This document shows positions 12,039 through 25,545 of a stretch of DNA of 64,000 bases, in pieces. The position numbers and the translations under genes are program-made. The notes beneath the pieces are model-generated. The model was not told where the DNA came from. It saw nothing but the letters and a program-made list of their open reading frames with translations, and ran no database searches. Every line of letters begins with the position of its first letter. Position 1 is the stretch's first letter. Source of the DNA: Vicugna vicugna. Taxonomy: Eukaryota. Location: NCBI GenBank assembly GCA_013265495.1, contig MU058213.1:5849149-5913148 (forward strand), read 5' to 3'.

Positions 12039-14580
12039 AACCTAAATTGTGCCACCACTCCACAGCTTCTGATTTCATTCTGGCTCTGCTCTCTGTGCTG
12101 TCGTAGGCTGATGCCACTTACCTATCCTCCTCCCTGCTAGTCAGTGCCGTCACTCTACTTGTCTTTGTGTACACTACCCAGTGAGAAAATGAGCTCATTT
12201 GCTGTTAGTTTCCATAACCAAAGAACACGCAGTGGGAGAGACCCATGAGTATAGGCAGAGGGCATAGGAATGGAGGTACTAATAGTAGAAAAGGGTAAGA
12301 TTGGAGTGGAAATAAAAGCATCATCAATTGTAATACCTCATCATTTTACAGATGACATAAGCTCAGAAGGGTGAGATAGTGTGCTGTCTCCATCTGGGCA
12401 CTTAATATGATTTTTTAAATGCTGAAAGGCTAGTATTCTCAAAAGTATATCCCTTTTCCCATTCCACCCCTCAAAAGTATTTTTAATATATTTTAAATTC
12501 CTACTACTTGTCTGGTTCTTCTCCCCCCCTTTTTATTATCCAGCAAATATTTACTTATCATGTACTATGGATAACTTATTTGAAGGTGTCAACAATACAG
12601 TCAGTGTGACTATGTAAGTGTACTCTACTATGAAAATGTTAACATGGTATTTTTCTTGGAAAAAAAGTAACTTGGTATGTTAAATGTATCTGTTAGCTGG
12701 CAAAGTCCTGAGGAAATAGGACACACAATAGAGAATTTTTTTAATTATAGGAAAAAAGAAAAATTGATGAAGAATATCTTGATCTGGGGTACCTAAAGAG
12801 GTTTTAAAGTCCTGAATGAGGGGACTTGGCTACTAGGGACACATAAAAGTTATATGATCCCAGTGGGAGGTGGGGGAGAAGTGAGCAAGAGTGATGTGAG
12901 AAAAGAGATTCTGAAAACTCTCCCTCACCAAAAGTGAACTTTATTCAAGGCCAATCCTGCCAGAACAAATTGTTTAATTTTCTAAGCTATTTGGATTTTC
13001 TCCTCTTGAGATTACTCCAGTTCTCTGGAGGAACCAGAGATATTTTTGCATTAATAAACAAACACTAGAAGAAAGATTGTAAAAGACTGTAAAATTAATT
13101 GCTTCCCTAGTACCTAGCTGAGGAACCACAGGAAATGGGAATTTCGACTGGCAAAGGTTAGAGGAGGAGTGAAATTTAATTTGGAAATTTCTGTTACTAG
13201 AGCATTAGAGCAGGGCCAAACATGGACATGGCTTGTTGGAGGACTCTGGCGTAGAGAAAGGAACATGGCAAGCTAGGATACCTAAGAAGCACTAGGAGGT
13301 CTCATAAATAAGGTGAGGAAGAAGTGCAGGTGGAAAGCAGAAAATGGGTAGGAAGATGAAGTGAAGAAGCACAGCATAAACTAGAATGTGCAGCATGATT
13401 TTAACCGTCCAAGCTAGTTTGTATTGATGGTGAGACTAGCACTATGTATTATAGTAAGGAAAATAATTATTGAGATGGTGGTACTGTCTGACTTTTCAAA
13501 AGATGACTTATTTTTATCTTTTGAAAACAAATACAATAAAAAGAGGTCAGTGTTGAAGCATTTTAATTTTGTTCAGAGTTGACTGTCTCTCCTTTTTTCC
13601 AAATGCTCACCTGGGGTAAGTTACCTTCTGCCAAGCCCTCTCTTCCGTTTTTGGCTTAATGTAGCTAGCTGCAGGTTTTTGTTTCTTGATTTCTCTTTGT
13701 CTAGAATGTCCCATTAGGAGCAAAATCTTACGGATTAATTCTTTGAAATTCTTTCCTCTCTCTATATACTGGTACTTCACAGCATGATTTATTGCCAATT
13801 CTTTTGTTTCCTCTCCTCTCCAAATTAGCCTACATACCATCGATATCTTCCTAAGCACCAATTTCATCCTTCACTTGTCTACTTAAAAGCATAAAGATCC
13901 TTTATGATTTTTTCACAAACAGCCAAACCTATTAACATATTATTTATAATTTTCTATAATCTGATCAAGTTTACCCGACCAGCCATTATTTCCCACCACC
14001 CTGCAACATAATCTTATATATAAACCTTCTTATAATCTGTCCATATGGCATGATGTTTCCTATGTGTGTTTTTTCCATCACTCATTCTCCCTCAAAGAAT
14101 CCTTTTTCTCTTACTACCTTGGCAAGTTCTGTCCATTTTTCTGAATCTGATTTAGATACTATCCTCTCCAAAGGATATTTCTAAGTGCTACAGGCTTTAT
14201 CAATATCTCTTTTCAAAATCATTTGGTACTTAAGGCATTTATAACACTGTACAGTATATTATACTTTATCATTTTATTATTCTGTTTCCTGTATGCTCTT
14301 TGCCCAACTGGATTATTAGTTTCTTTAAGGGAAACAGGCATTTCCAAACAGGGTATTTGCTTTAACCTGTTACTAAACACAGAATAGATTCTCAATACTT
14401 TTTGATTGAAATAGTGTTGTTGACCAATTTTGATATAAAAGTTAGATAAGCTGGATAAAACAGCATTCTTAAGAGATGATTTGTTTAGATACCTAAAACT
14501 GAAAGATGCTCCCTTAGAAACTCAAACTCAGTCTTATAAAAAATCTAATTCTCTATTACAAACTTCCCTAAAAATAGAGA

Positions 14581-15115
14581 TAACCATTGCTGCATACGTA
14601 TCACCCCAAAATTTGGTTGCTTAAAATAATGAACCTTTATTATCTCATGTAGGTCAGGAAGCTGGGTGCAGCTGAGTGATTCTGGCTTAAGCTCTCTCTC
14701 TCGTGAGGTTGCATTCAGTGTGTCAGCTAGGATTGCAGTCTCATCTCTAGCCCAACTCAGGAGGATCTGCTTTCAAGCTTACATGGTTATTGGCAGGATT
14801 CAGCTCCTCACAGAATGTTGGATTGAGGTCCTCAATTCCTCACTGTGGCCAGAAGCCTCCTTCAGTTCCTTTCCATGCAGGTCTCTCCAAGACAGCTCAG
14901 AATACGGCATCTGGCATTCCTTAGAGTGAGCAAATGAGGGAGCACTGTGACGAAAGCCACAATATTTTGTATTCTAATTTTGGAAATGATATCTCATTAA
15001 TTCTGTCATTTTATTCACTAGAAGTGAGTCCAATCCACACTCAAGGGAAGGGGGCTATAAAAAGGTATGAACATCAGGAGATAGTGATGATTGAGGTCCA
15101 TTGAAGAGGCTGCCT
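14581..15115 (-). mobile_element. MLT1-type MaLR solo LTR
   Basis: attgctgcat...caccccaaaatt...gcttaaaataa...ttattatctca...ggtcaggaa...ttattggcaggattcagctcct...ccacactcaaggg. Confidence 0.75.
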
Positions 15116-16301
15116 CTCTTAACCAGGCTATTCGCTTGTCCAAAGAGCTTTTGTGACATCAGAAAAAGAGGAGTTCTTAACTGGGTCTTTTCCCCAAATT
15201 ATTCTATTCTTAGCATTTTCTTAGCATTTAAGCTTTTAATCGATGATAGCATGTCTAGGGTCATTTTAATATTGAATTGTATAGTATTCTGCATCCTGAC
15301 CCTTCTAAAGTGTCAAGAAAGCATATACTACAGTGTTATCAGGATAAATGCAGAAATGAAATACTGGATACAAGTATAGCAAATATGCTCGCAATTATTT
15401 GAATAAATAATGTATGAAAGTTACTCAAAGCATAGTTTTTGGTTAAATGTATTAAAACCTCAACATATAAATATACAGTGTGCCATGTATCGTAAGGACA
15501 CAAACATATTTATTAAGAGTGTGTGTGTGTAGAATATTATATTTCTATGAATCAATTTAATGCTTTTAGGGCTATATATTTCTATGAATCAGTTAATTTA
15601 ATGCTTTTAGAGTTCCTGTGCCTATGGTGGAATAAAATTATTACTAAATTTTGCTGTCTTAAAGTTCTAATTAAAGCATAAATAATAATATATTGATGTT
15701 TATAGGTATTCTTTTATTGTCAGAGTTGGAAAGATTATCAGGATGCTTGAGGCAGTCTTTAGAAGTTTATATTGAATTAGAAAATAAAGATTATATTAAC
15801 AATTTCATCAGCATGTTAGTGATTTGGGAGGCTGGATGAGAAGCTGGTTCCACATATTACTGTTTATATCAAAATAAATTCCAGATAAGTTAAAGATTTA
15901 AACATTAATAAAAGCAAACATAAAATTACATGAAGAATGCATTTGTGAATGTTTGTATATTCTGAAAAGGTGAATAGTTTTCTAAACATAACATCCAACC
16001 CAGAAACTATAGTAGGAGAATTGACTACATTAAAATTAAATATTTCTGTATGGTGAAAAATAGGCCAAAAAATGAGGAAAATAAATATTTACCACACATA
16101 TAACAGCAAATGTTCTAATTCCTCTAATTGGAAAAGAACTTTTGTAATTCAAGAAAAAAATAATACTTGGTGAGTGATTCAAAGAAAATGTATATATAGT
16201 TAATACATAATTAAAAAGGTAAAACATAGATTAAAAAGGTACTGCATGTATTTAAATAGTGTCACATATACTAAAATTCATATATATATTAAAAAGGTGA
16301 T

Positions 16302-17066
16302 CCACAATCGATAAATGCTAGAGAGAGTGTGGAAGAAAGGTAACCCTCCTACACTGTTGGTGGGAATGTAGTTTGGTGCCGCCATTATGGAAAACAGTAT
16401 GGAGATTCCTCAAAAAATTAAAAATAGACTTACCGTATGATCCAGCATTCCCACTCCTAGGCATATATCCGGAGGAAACTCTAATTCAAAAGGATATGTG
16501 CACCCCAGTGTTAATAGCAGCACTATATACAATAGCCAAGACATGAAAACAACCTAAATGTCCATCAACAGATGACTAAATAAAGAAGCTATGGTATATT
16601 TACACAATGGAATACTACTCAGCCATAAAAAATAATAAAATAATGCCATTTGCAACAACATTGGTGGACCTGGAGATCGTCATTCTAAGTGAAGTACTCC
16701 AGAAAGAGGAAGAAAAATATCATATGATATCACTCATATGTGGAATCTAAAAGAAGAAAAGAGACACAAGTGAACTTATTTACAAAACAGAAACAGACTT
16801 ACAGACATAGATAACAAACTTATGTTTACCGGGGGATAGGTTGTGGGAAGGGATAAATTTGGGAGTTTGAGCTTTGCAAATATTGACTTCTATATATAAA
16901 ACAGATAAACAAATTTCTTCTGTATAGCACAGGGAACTATATTCATTATCTTGTAGTAATCTATAATGAAAAAGAATATGAAAATGAATATATGTATATA
17001 TATGTATGACTGAAATATTATGCTGTACACCAGAAACTGACAGTGTAAACTGACTATACTTCAAAT
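16302..17066 (+). mobile_element. 5'-truncated lineage-type L1 (ORF2 end and 3' UTR)
   Basis: Well-preserved L1 3' end (tatagcacagggaactatattca...tgactatacttcaa). TSD-like aaa(a/t)aggtgat at 16291-16301 and 17067-17077. Older L1 debris lies at about 15830-16200. Confidence 0.9.
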
Positions 17067-17109
17067 AAATAGGTGATACCAATAAAGGTACATATATAAA
17101 AATATATTA

Positions 17110-17345
17110 TTTTTTGAAGTATAGTTGCTTTACAATATTATATTAGTTTTAGATATACAGCAAGCATAATGTCAGCATTTTTATAGATTATACTTCTCAA
17201 AAATTATTACAAGATAATGGCTTTAATTCCAAGGGCTATACAATATATCCTTGTTGCTTCTCTAATTTATACATAGTAGTTTGTATCTTTTAATTCCATA
17301 CCCCTGTGTTGCCCCTCTCCCTCCCCTCTCTCCACTGATAATCTC
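17110..17345 (-). mobile_element. L1 3' terminal fragment
   Basis: ttttttgaagtatagttgctttacaatattatattagtt...gctatacaatatatccttgttg. Confidence 0.75.
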
Positions 17346-17362
17346 TAAGATAACAGTTTTTT

Positions 17363-18090
17363 TTTTGACATTTTTTATTGAGTTATAGTCATTATACAAT
17401 ATTGTGTCAAATTCCAGTATAGAGCACAATTTTTCAGTTACACATAAACATACATATATTCATTGTCACTTTTTTTTTTTGCTGTGAGCTACTACAAGAT
17501 CTTATATATATTTCCCTGTGCTATACAGTATAATCTTGTTTATCTATTCTGCCTATGCCTGTCAGTATCTACAAATTTTAAACTCCCAGTCTGTCCCTTC
17601 CCACCCCACTCCTCCTTGGCAACCACAAGTTTGTATTCTATGTCTATGAGTCTGTTTCTGTTTTGTATTTATGTTTTTCTTTTTTTAGATTCCACATATG
17701 AGCAATTTCATATGGTATTTTTCTTTCTCTTTCTGGCTTACTTCACTTCGAATGACATTCTCCAGGGACATCCATGTTGCTGCAAATGGTGTTGTCATTT
17801 TTATGGCTAAATAGTATTCCACTGTATAAATATACCACATTTTCTTTATCCAGTCATCTGTTGATGGACATTTAGACTGTTTCCATGTCTTGGCTATTGT
17901 AAATAGTGCTGCTGTGAACATTGGGGTGCGGGTGTCATTTTGAAGTAGGATTCCTTCTGGATATATACCCAGGAGCGGGATTACTGTGTCATATGGTACG
18001 TCTATTCCTAGTCTTTTGAGGAATCTCTATACTGTTTTTCACAGTGGCTGCACCAAACCCATTCCCACCAACAGTGTAGGAGGGTTCACG
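17363..18090 (-). mobile_element. 5'-truncated lineage-type L1
   Basis: ORF 17685..17921 (MFTAALFTIAKTWKQSKCPSTDDWIKKMWYIYT). TSD taagat(aa/gt)cagtttttt at 17346-17362 and 18092-18108, followed by aa (TTTT/AA site). Confidence 0.93.
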
Positions 18091-18497
18091 ATAAGATGTC
18101 AGTTTTTTAAAAGCAAGGAAAATTTCGTTTACTTCTAAGAATGGCAGATGTTTAGAAGAGTGGTAACACCCATTCTTGGAAAGGTATTGAGGTAATAGTT
18201 ACATTGTTGATGAAACTTGGTTAAACCTTTTAGAGCTTTATTGCAGTGACATGGCAAGATGCTCAAATGTATTGTAAAGGGGCAGAAAAAATTCCAAAGC
18301 GTTGTAGGATGTACACTGAAAAAAATATGTGAGACTGTAACTAACAATTAATATTGATTTTCTCTGAATAGAACTGGGGAGTCAGTTTTTTATGATGTGA
18401 CATTCACATATTGCTATAATTTATCATTAAAATCTGTTATCTTTGTAATTAGAAACAAAACATTTTTAAAAGGCAGCTTAACAATTTCTCTTTCCAG

Positions 18498-18562
18498 GAG
18501 ATTACATGCTTGATACAAAGCCAAAAGAAATTTCAGAAATTCAACGTTTAAACTATGAGCAG
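18498..18562 (+). CDS. MINDY2: MINDY2 coding exon 3, (G)DYMLDTKPKEISEIQRLNYEQ
   Basis: Acceptor tttctctttccag, donor CAG|gtaatt, 65 nt, phase 1 to 0, continues the frame of exon 2. Confidence 0.96.
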
Positions 18563-19499
18563 GTAATTGACATAATTTTTGTTATATTAAAATATGTCAT
18601 TTTAACTTATGGATGTATTCATTGGTCCCTATCAGTGGCTTTTCAGGTATATTCTTTGATTTCTTTATTTTGAACACCCTTTTAAAAGTGTAAAAACCAT
18701 TCTTAACTCATAGCCATATTTGACTCACAAGCCATATTTTGCTGATCTCTGTTTTATATGAACCTATATATATAGAATGAAATATAGATATCATTCTGCA
18801 CTTCTATGTAGAATGATAACCTGGTAATTTCCTTGAAAAAATCGACTTTCAAGTGAATTTGTCATTGATTCATCTTTCCTCATTTATTTGTATTTTACAA
18901 TTAAGTTGTGTTTAGAAAACAGTTCAGCGAATGATGTCTGGGGTATGGCATTAGGACAAAATCTACTGTTCCATAGTTTCAGTGTGTCCGCATTTCTTTA
19001 CATGTTCTTTAGAAATACTATCCTATAATATAGGAGGGAACACTGGGTTCAAAATTATTGGAGCTGGAAGAAAGCAAGTAGAGCTTCATTTTCTTAAGTA
19101 TTCTTCTTTTGTTTGACAATGGAAGGCAAGAAGAAATCAGATTCTTACAGTGGAAGAAAGTATCAGCCAAGGCAGAGACAGACATCAGTGGAAACTTTAT
19201 ATTTATTTTCAAAGTAACTTTTTCTACATACCTTCACCAGTATCCAGATGGCAAAAAGAAAACTCATTTCAGTATTGCAAAATTTCTTGAATTTGAATGT
19301 TCATATATCTAGTCCTAACACAATCTAAAAGCCATTATTATATTACTGAAAGACATTTCCAGTTTGGGAAAAAAATAAGACCTAATTACTTGCTGTTTAT
19401 AGGAGACACACACTATACAGCAAACCTGAGTTAAAAGTAAAGGGTCTAAAATTATGTTCCTCACCCCTCTCAATCTGTACACCCTATCCTGCTCAATTT

Positions 19500-19672
19500 T
19501 TCTTACTACTACTTGACATGATATTATAATTTATGTATTTGTTTTTCACAGTAGAATGTTAGCTCCAAGAGATTAGGAACTTTGTTTTATCCACTATTAT
19601 ATCTTTAGAGCTCAGATTAGTGCCTGGCACATAGTAGGTACTTAATAATACAAATTGAAGGGGTGAATAAAT
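19500..19672 (+). mobile_element. L2 3' end
   Basis: tagaatgttagctcca...agtgcctggcacatagtaggtactta...tgaataaat. Confidence 0.7.
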
Positions 19673-19771
19673 TGGATAATTGGAAAATTTGAAGTAAATG
19701 TGCCTGCATTTAAGTATCTTTTTGTTATTGTTTGATTTCCTCGTTTTTACCCTTCCCCTTTCTGTTTTCAG

Positions 19772-19930
19772 AATATGAGTGATGCTATGGCAGTATTGCA
19801 CAAACTACAGACAGGCTTGGATGTAAATGTAAAATTCACTGGTGTTCGAGTGTTTGAATATACACCAGAATGCATAGTATTTGATCTTCTTGATATTCCT
19901 TTGTACCATGGGTGGTTAGTGGACCCTCAG
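19772..19930 (+). CDS. MINDY2: MINDY2 coding exon 4, NMSDAMAVLHKLQTGLDVNVKFTGVRVFEYTPECIVFDLLDIPLYHGWLVDPQ
   Basis: Acceptor tttctgttttcag, donor CAG|gtaagt, 159 nt. Contains the MINDY-family motifs GLDVN and LYHGWLVDP. Confidence 0.97.
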
Positions 19931-20155
19931 GTAAGTAGAACATTTTTAAATTAAATGATACAAATACCGTAAAATTTCACTAATTTGGCAAATTAATCCA
20001 GATTTATGTTTTCTGATACTTATATTTTTGTGCTTTTATCTGGAATTAGCCAAAGTGTGAGGTTAAGAGTGCAGTCCTCCAGACTGCTAAATCTGCTCAA
20101 GACTTCTGACTGTAATTTCATGGAGTTGGAGGCTAACTATGAAGTTGAGTTCAGA

Positions 20156-20790
20156 TCCTCACCAACACTTGTTATTGTCTATCTTTTTTATTATAGCTAT
20201 CGTAGTAGGTTTAAAATCATATCTCATTGTGGATTTATTTGCATTTCTCTGATGGCTAGTGCTGTTAAGCATCTCTTTGTGTACTTTTTGTCATTTGTAT
20301 ATCTTCTTTGGAGAAATGTCTGCAGATTTCTTGCCCATTTTTAATTGGGCTATTTGTCTTTTTGTTACTGGGTTCTAAGAGTTCTTTGTATATTATAGGT
20401 ATATGTCTTACCAGATACATGATATACTAGTATTTTCTCCCATTCTGTTGATTATCTTTTTACTTTCTTGATTGTGTCCTTTGAAGCACAAAGTTTTTAA
20501 ATTTTGATGAAGTCCAATTTATCTGGTTTTCTTGGTTGTTGCTTATGCTTTTGGTTTCTCCCAAAAAAGGCTTTGCCTAACCCAAAGTCACAAAGATCTA
20601 CTCTTCTATCTTCTTCTAAGAGTTTTATAGTTTTAGTGCTTACATTTAGGAGTATGATCCATTTTGAGTTGGTTTGTGTATATGGTTTGAGGAAGGGATC
20701 CAGCTTTATTCTTTTGCATGTGGTTATTCAGTTGTCCTAGTCCCATTCATTGAAAAAATTATTCTTCCCTCCACTGAATTGTCTTGACAC
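20156..20790 (-). mobile_element. Older L1 ORF2 3' fragment
   Basis: atcctcaccaacacttgttattgtc...atttgcatttctctgat...tctttggagaaatgtct...atccattttgagtt. Confidence 0.85.
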
Positions 20791-20799
20791 TCAGAACAA

Positions 20800-21350
20800 T
20801 CTTTGTAAAATAAACCCTCCCCTTTATCCCTGTGCCATACTCCTTTCCTTAAAAGCCTCCAGTGTAACTAAAATAAAGTGCAAAATTTTACCAGAGTTTT
20901 TATGATATATTGCATGATCTAGACTCTGCCTTCTGTCCAGCTACACCTCACATAATTCTCCCCTCTTTTTACTACCCTTCAGCAGCACTAACTGCCTTTC
21001 TGTTTTTCAGACATGTCAAAGTCATTTCTGTCTCGGGTTTTTGTACTACCTGATTGCCCACTGTGGAATGCTGTTTTATTAACCAAACACATTGTGCTCC
21101 CAGATCTTCCTACTCCTGGTTCCTCAAAGTTCAGGTCTTAGGTCAAAAGTCACTTTATTAGAGAAGCTTTCCCTTGTTTAATTTAGTCACCTTCTTTTCC
21201 CCCAGTCATTATCTAGAATTATTTATTTATTTATTTACTTGATTGACTATGATCTCCCACTAGAGTATATGTTTTATGACAGTTGGGCTCTTATTTCTCA
21301 TTGTTTAGAGCAGTGCTTGGCTCATAGTAGTTTCTCAACGTTAACTGATG
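20800..21350 (+). mobile_element. L2 3' region
   Basis: aaaagcctccagtg...aaataaagtgcaaa...ttcaggtcttaggtcaaaagtcac...agcagtgcttggctcatagtag. Confidence 0.6.
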
Positions 21351-22179
21351 GAGTGAAGCATTAACTGTAGGAAGGATCATAATAGTAAGGACTTGGTAAT
21401 GTTTCTTCATCCCTGTCTCTTGGTAGAAGCAACTGGTATTCTGAGCAATAAAAAGATGGCCTTCTGTAAGCAGGGCATCTGTATTTTTTTGGCACTCTGA
21501 CTCTGAAACAATCACTGAAAAGTCTAAACATGTCTAACATTTTATGCATTCAAGATGAGCCATGTTGGATCCTGGCTCATGGCAATGCCAGGTAGCCTAG
21601 ATTCTTGAGGAGAATGAACTTATGATCTAAGGTCATAGGTGGTTAAGGAACTTAGGAACTTAAACCTGAGTTCTTAAAATTGGACTCGGATCATCCCTCT
21701 GACTATACGTGTAGCTGCATATTGTCTGGCAAACAGTTGAATTCATATACTTAAAGAAAAATAATGTACTCTCATGTAAGACAGAGATTGTTCTTCAGAC
21801 TTTTCTGGTCTACACAGTGATTTTCAAATTCTTGGAAGGCTGTGAGAGCTGTGCTTTTTATCTATTTTACTTACTTGTTTTGTGACAGGAGGATTCTGAT
21901 GCTGAGAAAGAAAAAAGAACAAGGTAAAAGTTTGAAATCCATAGGTCTCTATGAAATATCTCTCAGAACTGGCTAGTTGTTTGTATTCTGATTATGTGTT
22001 CTGCAAATAATTATCTTGCAAGTGAATATCAGCAGTTCTCTGGATGGTGGGCAGGCACCACGATTCAGCAACTGAGAAGGTAGTTCTCCATTGATAACTA
22101 ACTCTTTGAGAGCAACATTGGAAACCAGACAACAGTGGAAATGATACAGTTGATGTACTGAAAAAAGACAAATGCTACC

Positions 22180-25100
22180 TATTTCCTGTTCCCAGGAAAA
22201 TTATCTTTCAGTAATGTAGAGAAATAAAGTCATTTTTAAATTAATTAATGTAAGATAGTTTCCTGCCAGTAAACCATCATTAATGGAAATTCTAAACAAG
22301 GATTTTAAAAAGAAGGAGAGTGATCCAGATGGAAGTGTGAGTGGAGAGAAAGTAACATGATAAATATGAAAGATTGTTGACTGTATTAAATAAAAACATT
22401 ATCTTTTGGGGTTTAAAAGAAAATATTAGCATATGCAGAAATAATAACATAAGTTGGGAGAAGGTTAAGATATTCTTAGGGCCTAGAATTAATTGTTCAA
22501 GAAGAGAATATTAACTTCTGAATTTGATATGGTAGGGGTAGATGTTATAGTTTCTGTAACTTCTCTGTCTGGTATGGTAGACAAATGTAGTAGACATATT
22601 TCAGTTGCTCAGAAGCCACGTGTAGCTAGTGGATATCTTATTGGGCAGCAAAGATTTGGAATATTTCCGTTATTACCACCATGATATTGAATAATACTCT
22701 TTTGGAATAACATGGATAGAATAGAAAACACACTAGATAACTTCTCAATTAGTAGAAAGGGGAAAATTAACCAAAAAGGAGGAAGAAAGGAGAGGTTATG
22801 GAATGTTGAACTGATGGGAAGGAGAGAATGGTAGGTTTAATAAAGTCAAACATAGAAAATGTCATTAAGACCAAATCTAGTTAAAAGACAGTGATTCTGA
22901 GGCTGGATTTAAAAAAAAAAATATATATATATATATGCTATTTACGAGAGACATATATAAAACAGTATGAAATTAAACAGAAAGATTGCAAATAAAAAGA
23001 AAAAAGAGATGCCATACCATTGTTAATCAAAAGAATGCTAGTGTATCCGTAGTAATATGAGAAAGAAAAGACTTTAAGTCAAAAAGCATTATTAATGATA
23101 GAATGTTTAATTTGCCAAAAAGATATAATCATTTTAAATTTGTATGTGCCTGGAGACACCAGGAAAATAAATAAACTGATTGACTGTTATTCCTTGGATC
23201 CATGGGAACTGTCACAAAGAGTAAAGGTCAGTTTTTGACAATGGAAAACAAAACTTATATGCATTTAATAACATAATGTCAAAGTATATAAAGCAACATG
23301 TAACAAAATTATAAGGAAAAATAGATTGTCATACTAGAAGATTTTAATATACCTTTCTCTACAAATGATAGAAGTGGAAAAGAAAACCTAATGAACATAC
23401 ATTCTTGAAAAAAGTTAATGAACTTTTTATTTTTGAATCATTTCAGATTTACAGGAAAGTTGCTAAGATACTATAGAGAATTCCCATACATTCTTCACCC
23501 AGTTTCCCCTAATCTTATATGATCATGGTACATGTGTCAAAACTTAGAGATTTAATATTGGTACATTACTACTAACTATATTACAGCCTTCATTCACATT
23601 TCACCAGCTTTTCCACTGATTTTTGTTTTTGTTGTTCTAGAATGCAATCTAGGGTATCACATTACATTTAATGTCTTCCTGGTGTCTCCTTGTCTGTGAT
23701 GTTTTCTCAGTCTTTCCTTGTTTTCTGTGAACCTGACTAATACATTCTTTTTATGAGCTCATGAAATTTACAAAAATTGACCCAATTCTGGGCCATAAAG
23801 CAAGTTTCAACAAATTTCTAACGATTTAAAATGTGTGGAGTATAGAATAGTCTCTGATCACAGTGTAATTAAAGCTAGAAATCAGTAGAAAAAAACAGTA
23901 GAGACTGTTCGGTTCAAAAAATCATAATGAAACTTAAAGTATATTTTAAACTGTACAACTACCAAGTCTGTATTGAAACTTGTGAGATTTAGCTAAAACA
24001 ATTTTTAAACGGATTTTTAAAGCCTTGAATTTGTATATTAAGGAATAATAAAAGACTGAAAATTAATGAGCTATATATATATCTATCTTAAGAGCAGAAA
24101 GTATTAAAGTAGAAATCAAGTATATAAGAAAGATTAGCAAAGCTAAAATTCTTCAAAAAGGATTTGAAAATGAAATTTTAAAAATATGTTCTTTAATAGC
24201 ATAAGTTACTAAGAAAAAATCTAACAAACAGATACACAAGACCTCTATGGGGCCAGTTTTCCTTTGAGAGAAATTAGAGACCTATGTAAATATAGGTCTG
24301 TAGATTTTAGATTTCAAGACTGAATTTATAAAGATGTCAGTTCTCTATAAAATGAACTATAGTTTCACTACAACCCCAAACAAAATCCTAGCAGATCTGG
24401 GGGTAGTAGTTGTGAAATGTGACTGGTTCATTCTACAATTTATATGGAAATACAAAGGACTAGGAAGAGAAGCCAAGATATTCTTGAAGCAGAACAAGTA
24501 GGGAGAACTTATCTAGACATGAAATATTTTAAATATTATAATTAAGAATTAGACCAATAACAGAGAATAGAGAGGTCAAAAAGACCATGCATGTATAGAC
24601 AGAATTAGGCAACTGTAGAGCAATGGGCAAAGGTCAGTCCTTATAATAAAAGGTGCTGAGATTATTAACTAGCCAATTCAAATTTTGGATTTGCTGGACA
24701 ATTAGAAATGAAATTGTTGCTCCTGATTCACACCATAAAATCCTGTTTCATGTGCATTGATATTTAACTGTAAAGATAAAACTGTAAAAGTTTGTGAATA
24801 TGTTTCTGACAACGATAGGAAAGGATTACTGAAACAAGACACAAATGCGCTACGAAGAACATTGGCAAACCTGAATACATTAAAATTGAGACTGGTATTT
24901 GTCAGAAGAAAACTCAAAAGAGAATAAAGGCAAGCCACAGGGTAGAAACTGATTGCAATGTATATAATGAATTAAGAATTAATATCTAGAAGATATAAAG
25001 AGCTCCTACAAATAAGTTTTTTTAAAGATAGACTACCCAGTAAAAAAAAAAAAAGGAGCAAATGATTTGAACAGGCACTTCACAGAAATGGATACCCAGA

Positions 25101-25545
25101 TGACTAGTGAACATATGAACTAGTCATCAAAGAAATGCAAATTAAAACCAAAATGAGATACCACTATACACCCAGCAGAATGGCTGGCATTTTAAAAGTC
25201 TAACAATACTAAATGTTGCAGAAGATGTGCAATATAGTGAATTCTCATTCCCTACTGATGATAATATAAATTGGCTACCTACTTTATAAAGCAGTTTGGA
25301 GTTATCTGGTAAAGTTGAGGATAAGACTAAGAATTTGATAAGGCATATTCCCTAGAGAAACTCTAGATTTGTGAAACAGAATAAATGTACAAGAATGTTT
25401 ATAGAAGTATTATTTGTCATAGCCCCAAACTGAAAATAAATAGCCATCAAAAGATGAATTAATAAATATATTATAGTATATTCATACTGTGGAATGATAT
25501 AGTACAATGAAAACAAAGAACAGCTGCATACCACTACATACAACT
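22180..25545 (+). mobile_element. Very old, fragmented L1 (L1ME-like; ORF1 end through ORF2 and 3' UTR) with nested insertions
   Basis: Collinear L1 motifs (ttaaaagacagtgattct, acaaaaattgacc...ctgggccataaagcaagt, gaacaggcacttcaca, aagaaatgcaaattaaaacc). Nested MER3 fragment at about 22560-22680 and a minus-strand L1MC 3' end at about 23420-23735. Confidence 0.7.

Noticed and set aside
12500..13600. Purine-rich unexplained stretch, possibly an ancient LINE or LTR
   Set aside because: No ordered motifs that I could support; needs a Dfam search.
18495..18500. NAGNAG acceptor (CAG GAG) at exon 3 that would drop one Gly
   Set aside because: Distal GAG acceptors are rarely used next to a CAG, and there is no other support.
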